Shown here piece after piece: positions 40,954 through 46,896 of a stretch of DNA of 46,896 nt. The notes under the pieces are model-generated. The model was not told the origin of the DNA, searched no databases, and saw only the letters and a list, made by a program, of their open reading frames with translations. How positions within the stretch are numbered: the stretch's first letter is position 1; each line of letters starts with the position of its first letter. Source of the DNA: a virus; the IMG/VR virus record IMGVR_UViG_3300020169_000026, one strand, 5' to 3'. Both the position numbers and the translations under genes were made by a program.

Positions 40954-41502
40954 TTATACAATAAATAGCTCATCATCTTCTGTGATAGCATTGTTTTCTT
41001 CATATGGTACGTGATCTGTTACACCTACATTTAGTAGACGAACACCTGCACCTTGAGCATAAACCTCAAACTGAACTTTAGCTTTAGTGCCATTACCTAA
41101 AGCACCATCCTCAGAGAAGCTCCATAGTCTTTTCTTCTCTCTTCCTTCAGTTAAGTTTACTACTGTAGGTGCGCCACCATAGTCTATTGTAACAGGCTCT
41201 CCATTACGATCAGTAAAGTTTTTTACATCAGATATCTTACGTTTTATCTTCATGTACTTACCTATACCAAGGTCTGCATTACCTTGTCTTATCCTATCAC
41301 TATTCATAGGATGTAAGTCTAAACCCTCTTTCTCTAGGTGTCCTATCTGTGCTTCTTCAGTAAAGTAAGCGTTGGTAATATACTGCCCACCTTGACTGTG
41401 TACTGCTTGTGCGGCGCGTGGTCCATCTGCACTTCCCATATCCGCATTTTCTGGAAATACTTTCGCATATTCTAGTATCATATCCATTGTGTATTTAGCC
41501 AT
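40954..41502 (-). CDS. T7 gp2.5-like ssDNA-binding protein (DUF2815-like)
   Basis: 182 aa with an acidic, aromatic C-terminal tail (TEDDELFIV). It lies within the T7-like replisome, and promoter-like element B lies upstream. Confidence 0.6.
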   Translation of the reverse strand: MAKYTMDMILEYAKVFPENADMGSADGPRAAQAVHSQGGQYITNAYFTEEAQIGHLEKEGLDLHPMNSDRIRQGNADLGIGKYMKIKRKISDVKNFTDRNGEPVTIDYGGAPTVVNLTEGREKKRLWSFSEDGALGNGTKAKVQFEVYAQGAGVRLLNVGVTDHVPYEENNAITEDDELFIV

Positions 41503-41529
41503 GTCGAGTTCCTTTCGGCTGTTGGTACT

Positions 41530-41564
41530 TATATATAATGTCTTATTTAGACAAAGTGTGAAGT
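41530..41564 (-). promoter_or_regulatory. Promoter-like element B (ACTTCA-N18-CATTATATATA)
   Basis: The minus strand reads ACTTCAcactttgtctaaataagaCATTATATATA. It lies about 35 nt upstream of the SSB start codon, and the leader carries an AAAGGA SD. Confidence 0.55.
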
Positions 41565-41579
41565 AGAAATAAAAATAAA

Positions 41580-43415
41580 TTAGTGTATGTCTGCGTAGGT
41601 CTTACCGAACTGTGCATCTACACCTAATGGTACATTGAGTTCTAACTTTTGATTAAGGTTTTCAATAGCTTGCTCCATTGTAGTTTTTGTTTGCTCTTCG
41701 TTACCTTCTGGTACGAGTGCGATGATTTCGTCGTGGAATTGTCCGATGGTTTTAATTCCGTAGCGACGACATAAAGATACCCAACTGTCAAAACAAAATA
41801 CTCCTGTTCCTTGATTTAATGTAGAGAACTTATCCTTGTCACTACGTAAGCTGTACCAGAAGTTTGATACAGGATTCAGTAGCCACATAGACCCAAATAA
41901 GTCTCTTGTACGTGCTGTATTAGCTACCTTATCTACTGACCAATTACGTGACCAGAAGGCTTCTAGCAATACTGTAGCCTCTTCTTTACTCATGCCTGTA
42001 TTACGTGACAAAGTAGAAGATCCTACACCATACGTAGCACTATAGTTAACTACTTTATAGTTCTTACGTAGGGCTGACAGGGATCTCTCTCCACTGTTAT
42101 GTTTGTCTATGTCCTCTTGTGTAATTATACCTGCGTGTTTAGCTAAGTCTAAGTGTGGATCAAAGCCTTCCTTAGACATCTCCTCTACGTAATCAGGGTC
42201 TAATGGCTTCATGTAGTGACGCTTAGTTGTATCCTCTAGTGAGGTCATATCAGCACCACATAATGTATATCCATCTGGACAAGTCAAACAACCTCTTATC
42301 TCTTTACCATACGGCTTATCTACAGCAGGTAAGTTAACGAGAGGCTTGGCATGTTTAAACCTAAGAGTATTAGTTAGACCTGCTATGTTAGCCTGTACGT
42401 ATCCATCTACTTGTGCATTAACCATAGCTTTGATAACACCTATACGATGAGACAATACAGATAGACCATCAAGTAAGTTTATAGCAGGTTCTTTATCTGC
42501 TAGTGCTTTTACTGATCTACACAACTCTGCATCCTTACGTACTTGTTCTAGCTTTCTAGTGTCGCCTGTAACCTTATCACGTAAGAACTTATATGTACGT
42601 GGTTGCCAACCTAACGAGAATAACCAGTCCTTAACTTGATCTGTACTGTTAGGGTTAGCTCTTTCTTCACCTACCTTAACTGTAAGAGATTGTGTAGACT
42701 GTGGTTGTTTCTGCTCTTTACATAGTGCTACCCACTTCTCTCCATTAGATGATAACGACCCATCCTTTTTGTGCATAACTTTAGGTTTGTTACGTACTGC
42801 TGTAACAATCTTACGTGGCATAGCATCAGCAAGTAATTCAGTCTTCTCAGCCTTTAGGCTTTCCCATGTAGCCAGATAATCTTCTGCTTTACCTACGTCC
42901 AATTTCCACTGTAGGGACTCTTGCTCTTTAGCACATTCCATCTTGAATGTCATGTAGTCAATAAGTCTATCCCTATTTCCACTGTCGGGGTATAGCTTGT
43001 CTAGCTTTATACTCAGGTCACGCCATAGTCTTACGTTGATCCTTACATCTTCTTCACACCTGTATTGATATTCTTCTGGACTTAAGTTCTTCCAGTCATT
43101 GATCTCAGGTTTAGGTACACCATACATCTCACCATACTGTGCTAGTCCATGCTTCTGTAGGTGGTGGTTTATGTACCAAGCTAAAGGTAGTGTATCTATA
43201 ATCCTAGCGTCTACTTTTATGTCTAGGATCTTTTCCACTACAGGTATATCATACCTAACTATGTTGTGACCTATAAGTGTGTCAGCGTTAAGAAAGAATG
43301 TTCTCATCTCTTCATAGTCAAAGGTAGATTGTATCTGACCCTCTTCATTTGTGTAAGATACTACGTGTATCTTTGTGGGGTTGAACCCATCTGTTTCTAT
43401 ATCAAATACTGGCAT
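41580..43415 (-). CDS. Family A DNA polymerase with 3'-5' exonuclease domain (T7 gp5-like)
   Basis: FDIETDG (Exo I), KVVNYSATYG (motif B-like) and QFHDEII (motif C). 611 aa. Confidence 0.9.
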   Translation of the reverse strand: MPVFDIETDGFNPTKIHVVSYTNEEGQIQSTFDYEEMRTFFLNADTLIGHNIVRYDIPVVEKILDIKVDARIIDTLPLAWYINHHLQKHGLAQYGEMYGVPKPEINDWKNLSPEEYQYRCEEDVRINVRLWRDLSIKLDKLYPDSGNRDRLIDYMTFKMECAKEQESLQWKLDVGKAEDYLATWESLKAEKTELLADAMPRKIVTAVRNKPKVMHKKDGSLSSNGEKWVALCKEQKQPQSTQSLTVKVGEERANPNSTDQVKDWLFSLGWQPRTYKFLRDKVTGDTRKLEQVRKDAELCRSVKALADKEPAINLLDGLSVLSHRIGVIKAMVNAQVDGYVQANIAGLTNTLRFKHAKPLVNLPAVDKPYGKEIRGCLTCPDGYTLCGADMTSLEDTTKRHYMKPLDPDYVEEMSKEGFDPHLDLAKHAGIITQEDIDKHNSGERSLSALRKNYKVVNYSATYGVGSSTLSRNTGMSKEEATVLLEAFWSRNWSVDKVANTARTRDLFGSMWLLNPVSNFWYSLRSDKDKFSTLNQGTGVFCFDSWVSLCRRYGIKTIGQFHDEIIALVPEGNEEQTKTTMEQAIENLNQKLELNVPLGVDAQFGKTYADIH

Positions 43416-43978
43416 TACAGTAATCCTAACTCTTTGTTTGTTTTTGCGTACTCCCTTTCAAGAGGGGTTAGGTTTTCTTCTAACCACTTATCATATAGCA
43501 CTGCGGCTTCTTTCTCAGTTTTACTCACTCCTATGTAAAACTGTTTACCATTTACAGATGTCATAGCTCTATATACTCCATAATTATTTATATAAACACC
43601 TTTATATTTTGAAGCTGACCCCTTCCTTGGCTTTTGATTTTTTAAGTTAAGTGCGTTTGTAGTAGGCCTCAAGTTTTCTATCCTGTTATCTACCCTGTTT
43701 CCGTTTATGTGATCTAGCATACTAGGTACTTCTCCATAGTTAAGAAACCAAACAATTCTGTGCGCTCTATAATTATGCCTATCACCTTTAACAGAATAAT
43801 TTGCAATATTTAAGTATCCATTACTAAGTGTACCTGCCACACTACCTGCGGCTCTTATTTTATTATTAGTACTACTTGCACACCCTTTCCAAATAAGATC
43901 ACCAGTCTCAGGTACATAAGATAAGTTGTCTGTAATCCACTGTTTTTCTTCGTCACTCCACTCTCTCGCTTTGACCAT
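43415..43978 (-). CDS. Free-standing HNH endonuclease with an AP2 DNA-binding domain
   Basis: HRIVWFLNYGEVPSMLDHINGNRVDNRIENL is an HNH_3 motif, and YKGVYINNYGVYRAMTSVNGKQFYIGVSKTEKEAA is an AP2 motif. Confidence 0.85.
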   Translation of the reverse strand: MVKAREWSDEEKQWITDNLSYVPETGDLIWKGCASSTNNKIRAAGSVAGTLSNGYLNIANYSVKGDRHNYRAHRIVWFLNYGEVPSMLDHINGNRVDNRIENLRPTTNALNLKNQKPRKGSASKYKGVYINNYGVYRAMTSVNGKQFYIGVSKTEKEAAVLYDKWLEENLTPLEREYAKTNKELGLL

Positions 43979-45561
43979 TATAATATCTCCCTCAACATAA
44001 ATGTGTCTAGATTAAATGCTAACTTACCTGCTTGTCCTTCTTCTGAACAAGGTCTATTCTTCTCTACCTTTAGGTAAGTCGTGTTACGTTCTTCCATATT
44101 GTCAGCTTCCTTATCTCTGTGTAGATCTATAATAACAGATGCACGTTGACCTATCATCTTACAGTACTTAGGATCTCCATTCTCATTAGTGTGAGCAATG
44201 GTTACAATCCCTACGTTTAACTCTGCCGCTAACTTAGATAGTCTGATAGACAAGTCAGCTAACATAGCTTCTTTACTTTCTTCTGATGTACCTACAACTA
44301 CGTCTTGTATAGGCTCAAAGAATACAAACTTACAGTCACAAGCCTGACTAAAGAATCTTATCTGATCTATTAGTTCGTCTGTACCTTGACCATCACCTAA
44401 GTAGAATTGATAGAAGTTCTCATCTTTAGTTATGTTACCAATAGCTTCTCTCACAAGGCTATCAGCTTCCTTCTCTTCTATCAGGTCACGTCTTGTCAGG
44501 TTGTCACCTACCTCATACGACACAAGCCCTAGTAGTGACCTTAATTTAGTCTCCTCTAAGTGCCATGCGGCAATAGGTATACCTTGCTTTAGCATACTGT
44601 ATTCCATGTACCTCATAAGCTCAGTCTTACCTATACCTGTAGGTGCTTTAAACACTGTGAAGTGTCCTTGCATAAGACCTAAGATCTTATCATCTAATGC
44701 TACAATACCTGTAGGGTAGTAGACGTGTTCTGGTGTATCCTCATACAACTTAAGGAACTGGTCAGCAGTATTCAGAATGTTCTCTGGTGTATGCTTGACT
44801 GGCTTCCACCATAGGTTCTTAAAGTCTGCACCTTTACCTGCCTGTAAAAAATCATTGGCATCTTTATATTCACCATGTTGCATACGATAGATCTTATTAG
44901 GAAACAATCTAGCCATACGATCAGCTAAAGCATTACCTGCCTCGTCATTATCTACTGACAGTATGATCTTCTCAAAGCTACCTAACCAGTCCTTACAGTT
45001 CTCCCATAGCTTCTTAGATGGTGTAGCTGAAGGCAACGACACAACAGGGTTAGTATACTGGCTCTTAAGCATCTGTGAAGCTGATAGAGCGTCTAGTTCA
45101 CCTTCTGTTATTGTAACCATCTTACTACAACCAGCAGGGTATAGGTTCATACCGAATAGTTCATCACCTTTGAAACCATCTTTAGCATAGAAAGCCTTCT
45201 CATCTAGCTTACGTACCTTAATTCCCCCAGAGGGGTATATGTACTCTTGTCTATCGTCATACGTTAGTACGTTATAATCTTTCATTGTACCTAACATAAT
45301 CCCACGTAGGGGGGTGTAATCACCTTCTGATCTGTCTTCAATTTTCTTAGGTGTAAACTCTGTTACGTTCATATAGTCACTTTCTTTCTTTGTCGGGTAT
45401 TTATCTTTTGCCCAAGTGTGCATCTCTTGTCTTGAGGGATAACCACTTCCACAAGAATGACACTTACCAAACCCTTTGGTGTTATATGAGAACGCATTGC
45501 TAGAGCCACACGACACATAAGGACAAGGTTGATGTATTATATCTTGATATACTATAGTCAT
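43978..45561 (-). CDS. Bifunctional primase-helicase (T7 gp4-like)
   Basis: It has an N-terminal Zn finger (CPYVSCGS...CHSCG), a TOPRIM motif (ITEGELDALS) and a DnaB-type Walker A motif (APTGIGKTE). Confidence 0.9.
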   Translation of the reverse strand: MTIVYQDIIHQPCPYVSCGSSNAFSYNTKGFGKCHSCGSGYPSRQEMHTWAKDKYPTKKESDYMNVTEFTPKKIEDRSEGDYTPLRGIMLGTMKDYNVLTYDDRQEYIYPSGGIKVRKLDEKAFYAKDGFKGDELFGMNLYPAGCSKMVTITEGELDALSASQMLKSQYTNPVVSLPSATPSKKLWENCKDWLGSFEKIILSVDNDEAGNALADRMARLFPNKIYRMQHGEYKDANDFLQAGKGADFKNLWWKPVKHTPENILNTADQFLKLYEDTPEHVYYPTGIVALDDKILGLMQGHFTVFKAPTGIGKTELMRYMEYSMLKQGIPIAAWHLEETKLRSLLGLVSYEVGDNLTRRDLIEEKEADSLVREAIGNITKDENFYQFYLGDGQGTDELIDQIRFFSQACDCKFVFFEPIQDVVVGTSEESKEAMLADLSIRLSKLAAELNVGIVTIAHTNENGDPKYCKMIGQRASVIIDLHRDKEADNMEERNTTYLKVEKNRPCSEEGQAGKLAFNLDTFMLREIL

Positions 45562-45630
45562 ACTTACGTTTCTTTCTATTAGTAATTATATTATTAAGTT
45601 ATAACTTACGTTAATACTTAAGTAGGCATT

Positions 45631-45665
45631 TATCTATAATGTCGTTTTAGGTTAAATGATGAAGT
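45631..45665 (-). promoter_or_regulatory. Promoter-like element C (ACTTCA-N18-CATTATAGATA)
   Basis: It has the same end blocks and spacing as elements A and B. It overlaps the 3' end of the sigma gene and lies upstream of the primase-helicase gene. Confidence 0.45.
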
Positions 45666-46155
45666 CACAAAATGTTACAAGTTTGTCACGAACACGATTT
45701 CTTATATCTATTAGACCCCTTGTGGATATGCCAAGTTCTTTAGATGTATCTGTTAAACTGTTGTTGTTATTATATAAAGATAAAAATACCTTCCACTCTC
45801 TAGGTGTAAGATGTTTCTTTAATACTTCTATAGAATCTTTTAGCTCATACGACCCAAATAGATCATCAGCAGGTATTTGCGCTTCATCTGGGTCTACATA
45901 AACTGTAGTGTCTGTAACAGCCGCTTCACGACCAAACCTACCTTTTGGGTAGCTAAGTTTAGATAGACCTACATTTACATATTCATACATGGCTGTACGT
46001 GCGCTATAATACAACTTAGGTGGGTCAGTAATACCTTCTGCCCTCATCTTTAAGCACAACACTACACCTTCAGAAACTATATCATCGTAGTCCTGATGGT
46101 TGTAGTATTTACTTGCTAACCTTCTACACATATCTAGTATTTCTTGGTTGTTCAT
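45652..46155 (-). CDS. Sigma-70 family (group 4/ECF-like) sigma factor
   Basis: 167 aa with a region 2-like segment DYDDIVSEGVVLCLK and a region 4 HTH LTPREWKVFLSLY...SLTDTSKELGISTRGLIDIRNRVRDKL. Confidence 0.7.
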   Translation of the reverse strand: MNNQEILDMCRRLASKYYNHQDYDDIVSEGVVLCLKMRAEGITDPPKLYYSARTAMYEYVNVGLSKLSYPKGRFGREAAVTDTTVYVDPDEAQIPADDLFGSYELKDSIEVLKKHLTPREWKVFLSLYNNNNSLTDTSKELGISTRGLIDIRNRVRDKLVTFCDFII

Positions 46156-46322
46156 AAGAATAGACCAGTCATATATAACATTGCCTTAACTAGTACGAAA
46201 GCAAATCCTATAAACGAGAATCCTATCATAGTAAAAAATAAAATACTTATGTACTTAGCTACTCTTAGTTCTTCTTGTTTCATCTTATCTGTCCTGTAAT
46301 ATGGTTTATACTCTTTACTCAT
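46152..46322 (-). CDS. Small membrane protein (56 aa, not in the ORF track)
   Basis: Hand translation gives MSKEYKPYYRTDKMKQEELRVAKYISILFFTMIGFSFIGFAFVLVKAMLYMTGLFL. ATGA overlaps at both ends. Confidence 0.55.
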   Translation of the reverse strand: MSKEYKPYYRTDKMKQEELRVAKYISILFFTMIGFSFIGFAFVLVKAMLYMTGLFL

Positions 46323-46491
46323 TCTTCAACTCCATTTCGATAGTGTTAATCTTAAAACCGCAAATCAAACATTTCTTATAGCGTTTTATACTAGGAAACC
46401 CTCTTCCGTGGTATTCTCTTGTATCAGTAACTTTAAGTTTATTCTTATAACCTTTAGTTAAGCAGTCTGGGCAATAGAATACCTGCCTCAT
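46315..46491 (-). CDS. Small zinc-ribbon protein (58 aa, not in the ORF track)
   Basis: Hand translation gives MRQVFYCPDCLTKGYKNKLKVTDTREYHGRGFPSIKRYKKCLICGFKINTIEMELKNE, with CxxC...CxxC motifs and an ATGA overlap with the upstream gene. Confidence 0.55.
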   Translation of the reverse strand: MRQVFYCPDCLTKGYKNKLKVTDTREYHGRGFPSIKRYKKCLICGFKINTIEMELKNE

Positions 46492-46646
46492 TCTTCTTTA
46501 TCTCCTATGTTGTATTTCTGGTGTACTATATCTCTCTTTAAATTACCTGCTTCTAAAACAGGATCTTTAGAATACATAATATCATTTAGTATACCCATTA
46601 CGTCACTCGCAAGTATAAAGTCACCATGTAGTTTTATCTTTGTCAT
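46488..46646 (-). CDS. Small hypothetical protein (52 aa, not in the ORF track)
   Basis: Hand translation gives MTKIKLHGDFILASDVMGILNDIMYSKDPVLEAGNLKRDIVHQKYNIGDKEE. It overlaps the neighbouring genes at both ends. Confidence 0.5.
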   Translation of the reverse strand: MTKIKLHGDFILASDVMGILNDIMYSKDPVLEAGNLKRDIVHQKYNIGDKEE

Positions 46647-46813
46647 TAGAACATTACCTCTCCATCTACTATTAGTGTGTTATGCCAAGCTATAGTCTCG
46701 GCTCTTAGTGCATAGAAGCCTGTCTGCTCTGCTACACTCTCAAGTTCTTCTATATCACTCTTGAGTATGCCTAGCTCCATAAGCTCCATTTCCATCGAAG
46801 GGGGTAGAGGCAT
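46646..46813 (-). CDS. Small hypothetical protein (55 aa) spanning the assembly junction
   Basis: Hand translation gives MPLPPSMEMELMELGILKSDIEELESVAEQTGFYALRAETIAWHNTLIVDGEVMF. The start at 46811..46813 is equivalent to 42..44, giving a TAATG overlap with the stop of 44..334. Confidence 0.5.
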   Translation of the reverse strand: MPLPPSMEMELMELGILKSDIEELESVAEQTGFYALRAETIAWHNTLIVDGEVMF

Positions 46814-46896
46814 TATACCTCAGTCCCTAACCCAAAGATACGACGACCACCTGCTACAAAACCTAGCACACGATCCACATTAAAGCACTTGTAGCC
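46770..46896. repeat. Second copy of the 127-bp terminal overlap
   Basis: Identical to 1..127. Confidence 0.95.

Overview
The window is one complete tailed-phage genome. The first 127 nt (1..127) are identical to the last 127 nt (46770..46896), which is the signature of a circular assembly overlap, so the unique length is about 46,769 bp. There is no rRNA, tRNA, CRISPR array, integrase or transposase.

Gene layout:
- A leftward early and replication operon starts at a control region (2196..3106), runs 2195 -> 1, and continues through the assembly junction 46813 -> 35102. It carries many tiny ORFs joined by ATGA/TAATG overlaps and a sigma-70-family factor. It also has a T7-like replisome: gp4-like primase-helicase, family A DNA polymerase, gp2.5-like SSB, gp6-like exonuclease and gp3-like endonuclease I. 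The remaining genes are a free-standing HNH-AP2 endonuclease, a metallophosphoesterase, a short N6-adenine methyltransferase, MazG, a DUF1127 protein, class II RNR, a glutaredoxin and a DUF3310 protein.
- A rightward set of small early genes occupies 3107..5471.
- A structured, AT-rich non-coding region spans 5472..6058.
- A rightward late operon spans 6059..34949. In order it contains TerS, a GTA-like TerL, the portal, a 7-kb fibre/modification module, an XkdF-type protease, scaffold, DUF2190 protein, major capsid, connectors, tail tube, G/GT chaperones, tape measure, an RcGTA-like distal tail set, a J-like host-specificity protein, fibre plus chaperone, a cluster of exported proteins, and a lysis cassette with a GH108 endolysin.

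Most notable observations:
1. A collagen-like fibre protein has 88 uninterrupted Gly-X-Y triplets. All 24 of its lysines sit in the Y position, arranged as 12 G-[Q/A]-K-G-Q-K units.
2. One small gene downstream is a 599-aa three-domain enzyme. It joins a GT25 (COLGALT-like) domain, a PLOD3/LH3-type glycosyltransferase domain and a lysyl-hydroxylase 2OG/Fe(II) domain. Together these would be a complete Lys -> Hyl -> Gal-Hyl -> Glc-Gal-Hyl collagen modification pathway encoded by a phage.
3. A small CCC-N-GGGG hairpin motif is dispersed across the genome almost only on the + strand.
4. The control region is dense with a 16-bp iteron array and TATGC-N7-GCATA operators.
5. GAGTC/GANTC sites are strongly and strand-biasedly enriched in 2450..5720.
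6. A 35-bp promoter-like element occurs three times, each co-oriented with the operon downstream.
7. A cluster of seven genes encodes proteins with signal peptides or N-terminal TM segments.
8. An EF-hand membrane protein sits inside the lysis cassette.

All calls come from reading the sequence and from remembered family signatures. No searches were run, and motif counts were made by eye.
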